Notes under the pieces: generated by a model
Told to the model about the DNA's origin: nothing
What the model saw: the letters and a program-made list of their open reading frames with translations, nothing else
The model's database searches: none
Made by a program: the position numbers and the translations under genes
Shown: positions 49,947 to 59,558 of the stretch, one piece after another
Layout: every line of letters begins with the position of its first letter
How positions within the stretch are numbered: the first letter of the stretch is position 1
Assembly: GCA_964347045.1 (NCBI GenBank)
Contig: CAYFXC010000001.1
Coordinates: 32,001 to 96,000 of the forward strand
DNA length: 64,000 bases
Source of the DNA: an uncultured archaeon
GTDB lineage: Archaea > Asgardarchaeota > Hermodarchaeia > Hermodarchaeales > Hermodarchaeaceae
Reading direction: 5' to 3'

Positions 49947-51065
49947 TTAATGTGATATGATTCGTTTGGTTGATCGTTTCATTTTTAGAGTCAGTAATGA
50001 GGTTCCAATTGTTATACAACTGACGGTAATAATGCTGATTTGATGGAGGATGGGAAGCCAGATTAACGATAAGGTGGGCTCGATGGATTGAATAAACGGG
50101 TTATGAGGAGGACTTGCAATAATCCCGATAATAGACTTTGTTCTACTATAGCCTGGGTTTCCGTTATATCGAAGTATAAAATATCGGTTGCTTTGAATAA
50201 GTTCAATGACATCGTATAAGTCGAAGTGAAATCGTCCATTGTTTTCAGTTTGAGTGGTTTTTAGTAATACGCCAGATTCAAGGAGTAATTCAATTGAAGC
50301 ATTTGCAAGAGCCTGTCCTGAAGAGGTGTCTAATCTTCCTTGAAGAAAATAACCATTTGATGGATGCCAAAACGTAGGAAGCCCAATAAAATGCACAGTG
50401 AAGTTTTGAATCCAAAATTCGAATGAATATTCAGTTCCATTGTAATATCCTTGGTTGAAGCTTTTGATTGTAAATATGATGTGGGCTTCGGCTGTTTGAT
50501 TCAATATGCAACTGAAAATCAAAGGTCCACTTTGAAGAGTTGTTTTTTGTGCAAGTATTTGGTTTGGTTCCATAATGAATTGAACTGTAACACCTACGAG
50601 AGGATTCGAATTGTCATCTGTAATTAGGGTGTGAAAGAACAGGCGTTGGCCTATTCGAACTACTGAACCAATAGGTTCTCCCGTTTCATCAGTCACATTG
50701 ATCTGATTTTGAATTTGAGCAAAAATGGTTAGTGGAATTGGGACCATACTTGGTAGGAGGTATCTTTCGGGATCTCCACGAAATGTGGCGTTTAATTGAA
50801 CAAAACCAAGTTCGTGGATTAAGGGAATCATCCAGATGAACTGTGCAACACCCGTGGAATTTGTTATGGCTGTTCCTAAGAGCTCATTGTGAGTTTCATG
50901 AAAGAAATACACTGTGGCATTTTCAATTGGGGTACCGTTTTGGTTCTTTAGTTGGACGGAGAGAGCAATTGGCATTCCTCTGAATGCACTAGTTTGAGCC
51001 GTGGGTAATGGAAAAGGTGATGCTGCTAATGTTGAAACAAGTAACAAAACCACCAATACATTCAT
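49947..51065 (-). CDS. Secreted Ig-like repeat protein with C-terminal membrane anchor
   Basis: Signal peptide, repeated G.PI.NA.V...TN..G motifs, TM tail. Confidence 0.65.
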   Translation of the reverse strand: MNVLVVLLLVSTLAASPFPLPTAQTSAFRGMPIALSVQLKNQNGTPIENATVYFFHETHNELLGTAITNSTGVAQFIWMIPLIHELGFVQLNATFRGDPERYLLPSMVPIPLTIFAQIQNQINVTDETGEPIGSVVRIGQRLFFHTLITDDNSNPLVGVTVQFIMEPNQILAQKTTLQSGPLIFSCILNQTAEAHIIFTIKSFNQGYYNGTEYSFEFWIQNFTVHFIGLPTFWHPSNGYFLQGRLDTSSGQALANASIELLLESGVLLKTTQTENNGRFHFDLYDVIELIQSNRYFILRYNGNPGYSRTKSIIGIIASPPHNPFIQSIEPTLSLIWLPILHQISIITVSCITIGTSLLTLKMKRSTKRIISH

Positions 51066-51087
51066 TTAACTCAGTCTCTCTCCTCGA

Positions 51088-52575
51088 TCATTGTCTTTCT
51101 GATTGCCTTTGTTTGGCTCTCGGTTCAAAGGCAGTGATTCTCGAATATTCTTCAACTAAGGGCTCTTTCCAATTCCAACAGCCCTTTTCAGAATCGTAGG
51201 TTTCAAACGTTAAAGGCCACCCACCATTTTCCGGACCACTGATGTAAACATCAGATTTCGTATGAAGATACTTGCTAAGATAGTAACGAATCAGTGAGAA
51301 GGACCCAGGCGGTAATGTTGCATATATGAAGAGTTCCTTCTCTCCTGTATGATATTCGATCAGTTGTCGTATCCACGCTTGGGGCAACTCATTGACTATT
51401 CCTAGTAATCGAGCATCATTTTCTTTCATTCGAATAATAACATCTTCGAGCAATCCGATTCTTCTTATCAGTGGTTTAGGTTGTAGAACCTCGAGTTCAA
51501 ATAGTCTCGATCTTCGACGACTAGTTTGAGATATGCTCATCTCAGCGATTGATGCAAGCTTTTCTAGCTTCATTCGTGCATCTGATGCCAACAAAGGAAT
51601 CAGTTGCTTGTCCTTGTTATCTGGGATGTAAAGACGATGATGTTGTTGTTCATCGTTACGAACTTCTAGGGGCTGATCAAAATAGGAATCGTGAAGCAAA
51701 TGAGCTCCAATGAATAGTTTTCGCCAGTCAATGTCCCAACGGTGTTTGTTCGTCTGATAATGAGTAAATTCAACGATTTGGCCCATATCTTCGAAAAGAT
51801 ACAAAGTATGGGTAGTATCAAAGTGTAGGTCGAGAAAATTTGGAAGCTGGGAAAGCTGCTCTTCAGGTACAGCCATGAGGTATAATGCGCGTCTTACATT
51901 TCCCGCGAGTTCGATATACGAAAGTATGTATGAACTTTTAATTGAAGTTTTTGTATCATGAAGTTCGATGAATACTGGGACCAATCCTAGACTGCGATAA
52001 TTTACCTGTGCTGGAATTCGACAAATATTCAATCTTCGTAAACGGTTCCATCGGTTGCGTATTTTCTTGTAGGAAATTCCTAGTAATCTTGCGAGTACTG
52101 GGATCGTAATCATTGGCATTTTACAAAAGGCTTTGATGATACTGATATCAAGAGGAGATACGGGAAAAATCGTGAATTTACAAAGCTCGGTTGCCAAAAT
52201 CCAAAACTGTTCAACAGATAATGGAGTAGTTGTGCATTCGGCTACCGAATGAAGCAATGGAAGCATGCGTTCAAGGAATTGTCCATCTAATTTTCCGTCC
52301 CACTCGACGAAATCAGGCAATCCACGGTACCCACCAGGTTCAAACGTTACTTTGAACTTGGAAAAAGATGAATCTATGCAACTGCGAAGCCAACCAAGTT
52401 TTCCTGAGAGTTTACTTGTAAAGAATTCTTCGAAGTCGTCTCTTACAATTTTGGGCAAAATAGGTGGTAGCCAATAATCTAGTATCTGACTTGGTGTGGT
52501 GTTGGCTGCATCGGAAATCTCTCGCCACGGTTTACATCTCAGATGTTTAGCTACCAAGTCCAGATTTAGTCGCAT
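51088..52575 (-). CDS. Tandem Lrp/AsnC-HTH regulator, distant homologue of the 24432/26545 proteins
   Basis: Two HTHs; F...DG..DG.FL segment and YD...G.W.W end shared with the island regulators. Confidence 0.65.
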   Translation of the reverse strand: MRLNLDLVAKHLRCKPWREISDAANTTPSQILDYWLPPILPKIVRDDFEEFFTSKLSGKLGWLRSCIDSSFSKFKVTFEPGGYRGLPDFVEWDGKLDGQFLERMLPLLHSVAECTTTPLSVEQFWILATELCKFTIFPVSPLDISIIKAFCKMPMITIPVLARLLGISYKKIRNRWNRLRRLNICRIPAQVNYRSLGLVPVFIELHDTKTSIKSSYILSYIELAGNVRRALYLMAVPEEQLSQLPNFLDLHFDTTHTLYLFEDMGQIVEFTHYQTNKHRWDIDWRKLFIGAHLLHDSYFDQPLEVRNDEQQHHRLYIPDNKDKQLIPLLASDARMKLEKLASIAEMSISQTSRRRSRLFELEVLQPKPLIRRIGLLEDVIIRMKENDARLLGIVNELPQAWIRQLIEYHTGEKELFIYATLPPGSFSLIRYYLSKYLHTKSDVYISGPENGGWPLTFETYDSEKGCWNWKEPLVEEYSRITAFEPRAKQRQSERQ

Positions 52576-52643
52576 AAGCCTACATCAGAGAAATAATAGC
52601 TTTCATTGAAAAACCCCACAAAAACGCGCGTTTTCGAATGAAA

Positions 52644-53720
52644 TTAGCTCACTGAACGAAACTCTAAACCAAGTCTTTCTGCATAATCGTAGGCTTGGCG
52701 CATTTCTTCTTGTGAAACCCGAGATGATATGTCAGTGAATATTTTTGGTTGGCGTAAGACTTGCCACATGGGTCGATACTGTGCCATGATGTTGACTAAA
52801 GCTTTGGGTGTGTTTTCTGAAATCCAATCTAGAATGGGAATTACACAGCACTGAAGATGATTAGGAAGTACAAGGACTCGAATGATCATTTCTTTTGTGC
52901 CTTTTTCATATGCTGCTTTGATATTACGTGTAACAAAGGCTGTATAGTGTTTAGCATCAGAAATTCTTTCAGCACATTGGTCAGAGAAATATTTGAGGTC
53001 TGGAAGCCAAAAATCGATGATGTCAATTAGCAGTTTCATCGATTCCTCGGATAGATACATATTGGAATTCCAAAGTTGAGTGATATTGAATTGTTGATGC
53101 TTCATTGATGAAATTATGGTATGAAGATGGGGTGTAGGGTCTCCTCCTACATAGTTAATGTTCTTTGCACCTTGCGATGCTAGTTCATCAGCAATCGAGG
53201 CTAATTGTTTTGGAGAAATGGCACTACCATTTGTAGGATTACAAGAAATGTCATGGTTTTGGCAATGAGCACAACGAAAATTGCAGCCACTGAAAAAAAT
53301 AGTTCCAGATGGTACAAGAGGTGCCTCTTCTCCTGTATGGAGAAAAGCAGATGAAACATAACTTGTATCATCAACTTTGCAAAAGCCTAATTTTGTACTT
53401 CTGTCGATGTTACATCGGCGTTCACAAAAATAACACTGTTGAAACATATGATTTGCTAAGACAATTTTCAAATCCAGAAAAGACTGTGACGGGAGAGTTT
53501 CAAGTTCGAAATCATTTCCTTCTTTGACTTCTTTAATTTGCTTATCAAGGAGATTATGTGCTTGTTGATGAAGTTTCCATAAATCAGGCAAAGGATCACT
53601 AGGTTTGAAATCAATAGGAATATTTCGTACTAGGAGGTATCGAGCAGGAAGTTTAAGATCAATTATTGATCGGTATCGGGAAAACCGTTTTTTAACGACG
53701 TCTTTTGACCAAACAGTCAT
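52644..53720 (-). CDS. PflX-like radical SAM protein
   Basis: C..CERRC, GEE..LVPSGTIFF.GCNFRC.HCQN. Confidence 0.88.
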   Translation of the reverse strand: MTVWSKDVVKKRFSRYRSIIDLKLPARYLLVRNIPIDFKPSDPLPDLWKLHQQAHNLLDKQIKEVKEGNDFELETLPSQSFLDLKIVLANHMFQQCYFCERRCNIDRSTKLGFCKVDDTSYVSSAFLHTGEEAPLVPSGTIFFSGCNFRCAHCQNHDISCNPTNGSAISPKQLASIADELASQGAKNINYVGGDPTPHLHTIISSMKHQQFNITQLWNSNMYLSEESMKLLIDIIDFWLPDLKYFSDQCAERISDAKHYTAFVTRNIKAAYEKGTKEMIIRVLVLPNHLQCCVIPILDWISENTPKALVNIMAQYRPMWQVLRQPKIFTDISSRVSQEEMRQAYDYAERLGLEFRSVS

Positions 53721-53869
53721 CGCGTCGCTTCTTGTGAACCTCCACATGTAAACTGCTCCAGTATTCAAAATACGCTTTTTGAATTATTAATTCCCTTCCT
53801 TTAATTGGATTCATCAAATTTTAGGAGTTTTTGTATCTATTCGGAAGAATAGGGTAGGGTGAAAGAACT

Positions 53870-54118
53870 ATAATCCTTCAAATTTCACCGCTTCAAAATC
53901 TTCTCGAAACACTTACTTCCTATCTAATAACTACTTGGGGAATTGTTATTCTTGTTGGCACGTTTGCCTCTGCATTGCTCATCGCAACTGGTTTTATTTA
54001 TTGGTTTACGGGCGTTAATCCGAAAAAGGGGAAGAACATGATTTTTGGAGGTATTATCTTATTCATAATAATGCAGCTATTGGCGTTTAATCCTCCATGG
54101 CAAATTATTCTTGGTTAA
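53870..54118 (+). CDS. Small two-TM protein, VirB2/TrbC pilin-like (possible ATA start)
   Basis: ILQISPLQNLLETL...GFIYWFTGVNPKKGKNMIFGGIILFII; SD GGTGA 7 nt before ATA; absent from the ORF track. Confidence 0.55.
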   Translation: MILQISPLQNLLETLTSYLITTWGIVILVGTFASALLIATGFIYWFTGVNPKKGKNMIFGGIILFIIMQLLAFNPPWQIILG

Positions 54119-54133
54119 AATGGCTAGATTGTT

Positions 54134-54631
54134 TCAAAATGATGTGTGAAGAAATGCGATTTTAACTGCTTCTTTGCTGGTTCTAGCAATGTGAATATCG
54201 GCGTCAGGAAACAATGACTGGTTCTTTATAATCATTTGAGTAACTCCTCCTGTTCCTTTCATTAGAATTAACCGTTTATTCAATGCTATAGCATAGCCAA
54301 TCTCACTAAGAGTTCCACCGGATCCTGCCAGACTGATTATTGCATCGCTTGAAACTATGTTGATATAATTTCTGGCATAACCAATACCGGTAGCGAGTGG
54401 TATGTCAACGAAGGGATTTACTCCGGAATGTTGGTGCTCTGGTAAGATTCCGACAGTGATACCATTAACTGTTTTAGCGCCCCTTGATGCTGCTTCCATA
54501 ACCCCGTCTTTTCCCCCTGAAATCAGTACTGCTCCTCGTCGTCCAATTTCTTGACCTATTTCTTCGGCAATTTTTGATATTTCTTGAGATATTTTTCCAC
54601 TACTCCCAATAACTGCTATACGGATTTGCAT
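54134..54631 (-). CDS. LOG/TIGR00725-family nucleotide-binding protein
   Basis: IAVIG, GG..GVMEA, ARN, GTLSEI. Confidence 0.88.
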   Translation of the reverse strand: MQIRIAVIGSSGKISQEISKIAEEIGQEIGRRGAVLISGGKDGVMEAASRGAKTVNGITVGILPEHQHSGVNPFVDIPLATGIGYARNYINIVSSDAIISLAGSGGTLSEIGYAIALNKRLILMKGTGGVTQMIIKNQSLFPDADIHIARTSKEAVKIAFLHTSF

Positions 54632-54644
54632 AATGATTTCCTCC

Positions 54645-56744
54645 TTATTGCAAGCCTCTCCTTTTCTTGATTTCAGATATAATGGATACAGCGCGTTGTT
54701 CGGGGACAACTTGCCATCGAGCGAATTTCGTTTGCCAAATCGCTTTGCCTGACGTTTTCGAGCGTAATGTGTCAGCTAAGTCGAAGGACTCACCAACAGG
54801 TAAAGATCCGGTAATTGTTACCCAGTCTCTAGTGAATTCCACATCATCTACTTGTCCTCTTTTGGACATAATGACCTTATCAGTTTCCTTATGAAAATCA
54901 TTAGGGACAATAACTTGTATACTATAGATTGGTTCGAGAAGAGTAATTCCCGCTTTATTAAATCCAACGAAGATTGCCTCTCGTATCATGGACATTAGTT
55001 CTACTCTACTTCTTTCTGCTGGTTCAGAACTAAGCATAATATCCTCAATTTGAATTGAGGTGAGGCCGACTGGTTCTGCACATAGCGGTCCGCGTTCCAT
55101 TGCCCATTCGAATCCAGCTATTATTGCATCTTTTGCGGTTGGTGTTATTATGGTGTCTGTGAAATTGATGAGAATATTACCGCGAGAGTCCTTTTGCCAG
55201 ATATTCTCTTTTTTAATCATCTCTTTTTGAGGATAAACAGAGATGCGAATTGAATTCTTTCCGTTTGGGCTCATGTGATGTTTGTCTAATGTTATGTGGC
55301 TTCTAACTGTCTCGCGATAAAGTACAATTGGGTCTGATGCATATACTTGTATTCCAGCTTTTTCAATATCTTTCACAGCAATTTCCAAATGTAATAATCC
55401 CAATCCAGAAAGTAGATTTTCTCCAGTTTGTTCATTAACCAAAAACACAAGATTGGGGTCACCTTTGGTGAGGTTTTTGAAGAAGCTCAGTAACCGTGGT
55501 AAATCCTTCGTTTGTTTTGGCTCGATTGCTATGGTTACTACTGGTTCGCTAAGGTACGTTATTTCTTCAAATGGAACCATGCCTTGTATATTTTGTTGAC
55601 CGGTTATCGTATCGCCTGCCCGAACTTCTTCTGAACCAATTATGCCACAAATGTTACCTGCCGTTAAAGATGGAATTACTACTTGGCGTGAACCCATAAA
55701 CAAAGTAACTCGTTGAGTTTTGAATAATTTATTTGATGGGAAAATTTGTATCTGCGTTCCTCTTCTGATGGTACCTGAGAATAATCGACCAACGGCGATT
55801 AGGCCATGTTTGGATTCAGTAATTATTTTGGTGACACTAACAATAAGAGGGCCTTCTGAGTCACATGAACGAAGAGCTTTCCCTGCAGGAGAATTGATTT
55901 TACCTTTCCAAATGTATTGTACACGATCATTTTGAGCACTTTTGGGAGAAGGTAATTGACCAAGTATCATATTCAATATGGGCTCGTGAATAGGTAACAA
56001 TTGACTAAGATCCTCGATTGCATCACGTTGATATTTTTCAATAATGTCTTGAAATTGAAGATTTACTTTTTGAATTGACTCTACTGTGAATGCCCACTTA
56101 TGAAGAGCAGAACCAAAAGCCACCGTGTTAGTATCAGTTCCCACCTTCCAATTTACACTCGAATTTTCAGATGCAAACGTAATTATTTTGTTAACATCTT
56201 GAATTATCTGTGATAGCCGTTCTTGAATTTGCTTTGGTGAAAGTTTCAGTTCGCGAATAAGACGATCAATCTTGTTAATGAATAAAACAGGTTTAACTCG
56301 TTCTTTAATTGCCGATCGAATTACACTTTCTGTTTGAGCCATAACGCCTTCGACAGCATCTACAACTACGACCGCCCCATCAATAGCCCGTAAAGCACGT
56401 GTCACTTTTCCACTAAAATCAACATGACCTGGAGTATCAACTAGATTGACCACATATTGGGACCCTTGATAGTCATGGAGAAGCGAGATATTAGCGGCTT
56501 TGATTGTTATTGAGGCGTCTATGGTTCACCGAAAGACGTTTCCTCGCCGCTGCTCTTCTTCCAAATAGTCTAATGCTCGGGCTTGACCCACAAGATTGTA
56601 AGAAAGCATTCCGGCATTGGCTAGTAACGAGTCTGTAAGGGTCGTTTTTCCATGATCAATATGCGCAATTATCCCAACATTTCGAATATGGTCAGGATTT
56701 TTCATGAGTTCTAATAGTTCTTCGATACGTTGTTGACGGCTCAT
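54645..56744 (-). CDS. Elongation factor EF-2 paralogue; join(56744-56540, 56509-54645), 689 aa after removal of a 30-nt intron
   Basis: AHIDHGKTT, restored [18 protein letters not shown]; diphthamide loop diverged (SEPAERS). Confidence 0.9.
56510..56539 (-). other. BHB/BHL intron in protein-coding mRNA
   Basis: GAGG/CCTC central helix, AAA and AAT bulges, CGTCT/AGACG inner stem; in-frame TGA. Confidence 0.85.
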
Positions 56745-56866
56745 GATGCTACTCCAACATCCACTATTTTCTGTAGAATTTTGTGTGTGATAGTGGCTTT
56801 CAAGTAGAGATAACTTAGTAACTATCTAAATATTGTGTAGCCTTTCTTTCTGTTCACCAAAAAATT

Positions 56867-58546
56867 CTAGACAAGCTCCAAAGTGGGTTGTTCATATACA
56901 ATCATGATTATCTGAATGGTTCCAAGAATGGTCAAATCATTCTCTGCAATGAGGGAGAACTCGTGGGGACCAAGAATGAAGTCCTCGTCAATAGACCATG
57001 AAAGAACGGCGTACCCTGATGTATTGGTTATTGATGTGCACCACGTTGAATTTGTTGCATTTTCAATTAGATGCAATGATACGTTGAATATTGGTTGGTA
57101 ATTCAATGTTGTAAGTTGTAAAACATAATTAACTTCATTTGGTCGGATAACATGAAGGGTGGAATTACAGAGAAACCGTAGATTACGAGTATTAGTAACT
57201 TTAACCTCAGTTTCAGCATAATTAAATTCAGGATAGCCATGAAAAACTACTTTGAAATTAAAATCCTCATTCACGACGTTTTGCGCCTGCCATTGGAATT
57301 CTGCACAGCCGGTTTGGTCTAATGTAATTTGTGCAAGTAAAATCCATGTAGATTGATTAAATAGGTAGATTGAGCAGATTTTGTCTTGGATAGGCTTTTG
57401 GGAAGAAATGTCAGCGACGTTTAAATTAAATTCGATAATATCTCCATAAGCTGCTTCTGAACAGTTTGGTGTAAACGATATCTTTGCTTGCCGGTGTATG
57501 ACACTTATTGGTATTGAGGTATTGACGGGATTATGGTCGGGTGCAAAAGTTTCAATAACTAGGGAATATTCGCTGGGTAAGGATGGGGCAATAATATCTG
57601 TAGAAAAATAGTTTGATCCAATGTAAGTAAGATTTTGGGATATATTCCCTAAAGAGCAGCTAACATTGGCTTCCTTAAATGCATGATTCGCTGACTGACA
57701 ATCAAGGCTAGCTGAAACTAGAATCGAATAGTTGTTCATTGAAGGATAGAAAGCCTGGACTGTTGTAGTATTTGTTGTTACGGAGATATTGAGTTTAGCT
57801 TTAGCGATTTTTAATGGGACAGTTAAATTCGTGGTTTTATAGTCATTTGAGACAAGTGAATTGATTATACACTCAAAATCACCAGTTCCAAGTAAAGTCG
57901 AATTGATGAATTGAGTGAAATTATTGGCTGAGTCAGTTTGTAGGTTCCAAGATTGAATAGCTTGACTATTTTGAATGACTGAAATTGCTAAAGGCTGATT
58001 GGGAACCAAGAGCGACGAATTGTGTGAGTTAAAAAGCGCACCTGAAAGGTTGAAGAACTCATGAAATGTAATTTGAGAAGGGAGTGGGTTAACGACAATT
58101 AGCAGGTCACTTTGCATAATTTGAAATTGCTGCTGAACCGAGTCAGTCATTGATCCAATTGAATCTTGTACCCAACCTTCAACCTGGACGACACCAACTT
58201 GACCTGTCTCGTTTGGTGTCCAATCATCAGGAGAAATGTCAAAGGTCATTGTCTCGTGAACATCAAATCCATGTTTAGTGAACTCATAGGATGAAAGTGG
58301 GATGGATAATCCTTGAATACCGATCGAAACACTCACTGAACCTATTCCGAGGGGATCCATCGGATTGTAATACAGATCATAAACTAGGTTTACTTGAAAC
58401 CTTTCACCTACTTCAAGAGACGCCTGATTCAAAGTCACTGAAACAATTTGGATAAAACAATCATCAGTCATTACAGAGTGAAATGAGAATGTGAGGGGAA
58501 GAACAAGGATTGTCAATAGTAATAGAACAATAGGTAAACGCTTCAT
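56867..58546 (-). CDS. Secreted Ig-like repeat surface protein
   Basis: Signal peptide, beta-rich repeats, many NxS/T sequons. Confidence 0.65.
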   Translation of the reverse strand: MKRLPIVLLLLTILVLPLTFSFHSVMTDDCFIQIVSVTLNQASLEVGERFQVNLVYDLYYNPMDPLGIGSVSVSIGIQGLSIPLSSYEFTKHGFDVHETMTFDISPDDWTPNETGQVGVVQVEGWVQDSIGSMTDSVQQQFQIMQSDLLIVVNPLPSQITFHEFFNLSGALFNSHNSSLLVPNQPLAISVIQNSQAIQSWNLQTDSANNFTQFINSTLLGTGDFECIINSLVSNDYKTTNLTVPLKIAKAKLNISVTTNTTTVQAFYPSMNNYSILVSASLDCQSANHAFKEANVSCSLGNISQNLTYIGSNYFSTDIIAPSLPSEYSLVIETFAPDHNPVNTSIPISVIHRQAKISFTPNCSEAAYGDIIEFNLNVADISSQKPIQDKICSIYLFNQSTWILLAQITLDQTGCAEFQWQAQNVVNEDFNFKVVFHGYPEFNYAETEVKVTNTRNLRFLCNSTLHVIRPNEVNYVLQLTTLNYQPIFNVSLHLIENATNSTWCTSITNTSGYAVLSWSIDEDFILGPHEFSLIAENDLTILGTIQIIMIVYEQPTLELV

Positions 58547-58772
58547 TCCGCTTTTTTATTTTGAAAGAATAATTAAACCCCCAGATTTCTTTTCTAGCCT
58601 AATGATTTTTCTTGGAGAATTCTGTAACATCAGACTCCATCCGAACAACCAACCAAGTTAGCCACTCCAGCTCCGTCCGGTGCTCACGAGCATACCGAAC
58701 CACATCCACGTCCTCTGGATTTCTAAACACATCGAGTTCTAATGTAAGATTTTGGTGTTTATTTTCAGTAAT

Positions 58773-59165
58773 TTAGGTGGTTTTTTTTCGAAAACTAATC
58801 GGCATTCCTGAGCGTAGTGCTTCAAAAACTGTAACATAGGTATTTGATGTAATTTTGCCGACAGGGTTAACTTTCCCATATGGTTTCATGTTATCGAAAA
58901 AAAGGCATATTGCATCTCCCTGAGGCCAATAAGCAATATCTCCAGCATTACATGAGGATATTGCTTTTTCTGAGCCCATGCGGATTCCAACTTCAAAGTA
59001 AAGCTCTTTTTTCCAAAGGTGTATCCGACTGTTCATGGGGAGTATCTTGAGTATTTTTTCAACAGTGCGAGGGGAAAGAACGCTTCGTAGTTCTCCTTCC
59101 AAAATTACATTACTACTAAGGACAAATTCGACAGGGGTTTTCGAAGTGAATTCGGGATTGTTCAA
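58773..59165 (-). CDS. Cyclophilin-like fold protein (DUF369)
   Basis: P.TV..I...LP, ELYF, GDIAYWP.G.AICLF. Confidence 0.85.
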   Translation of the reverse strand: MNNPEFTSKTPVEFVLSSNVILEGELRSVLSPRTVEKILKILPMNSRIHLWKKELYFEVGIRMGSEKAISSCNAGDIAYWPQGDAICLFFDNMKPYGKVNPVGKITSNTYVTVFEALRSGMPISFRKKTT

Positions 59166-59177
59166 GTATTCTCCCCG

Positions 59178-59495
59178 CTACGCTGGTGTTTTTGAATATA
59201 GCTTGAATTTTCCTTCTGAGGTTATTCGGTGAATTAAGCCTTTCATTTCTAGCTCAGTTAAAACCGCCTTTGCTATGCTTACTCTGACTCCATATTTTTG
59301 GGCAATAGCGCTGGGTGTAATTACTCGCATTGTCGGAATTTCTTTTTCCATTTCCTGTTTTTGTTCTTCGCTGATTATGAGCTCACGTCGTATGGTTTCG
59401 TGACTACGGCTTTTTGTTTCTTCCTGCTTTTTTGGGCTTTCTGATGGTTGTTTTGAAAGAGGTTTGTTTTTTTTTACCAAGTGAGCCACCGCCAT
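59178..59495 (-). CDS. rps25e: 30S ribosomal protein S25e
   Basis: VITPS.IA.KYGVRVSIAK..L..LE..GLI. Confidence 0.9.
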   Translation of the reverse strand: MAVAHLVKKNKPLSKQPSESPKKQEETKSRSHETIRRELIISEEQKQEMEKEIPTMRVITPSAIAQKYGVRVSIAKAVLTELEMKGLIHRITSEGKFKLYSKTPA

Positions 59496-59558
59496 TGAAG
59501 GAAGAACGTTGTCCTTAAAGAGCTTTCTAAGCCACCTGAGCGACCGTTTTTTGTTTTT

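Noticed and set aside
56526-56528. UGA in the EF-2 paralogue as selenocysteine or readthrough, or the gene as a simple pseudogene
   Set aside because: Readthrough would leave 10 extra residues inside the invariant RGITI motif. The BHB geometry removes the insert precisely and both exons are otherwise intact.
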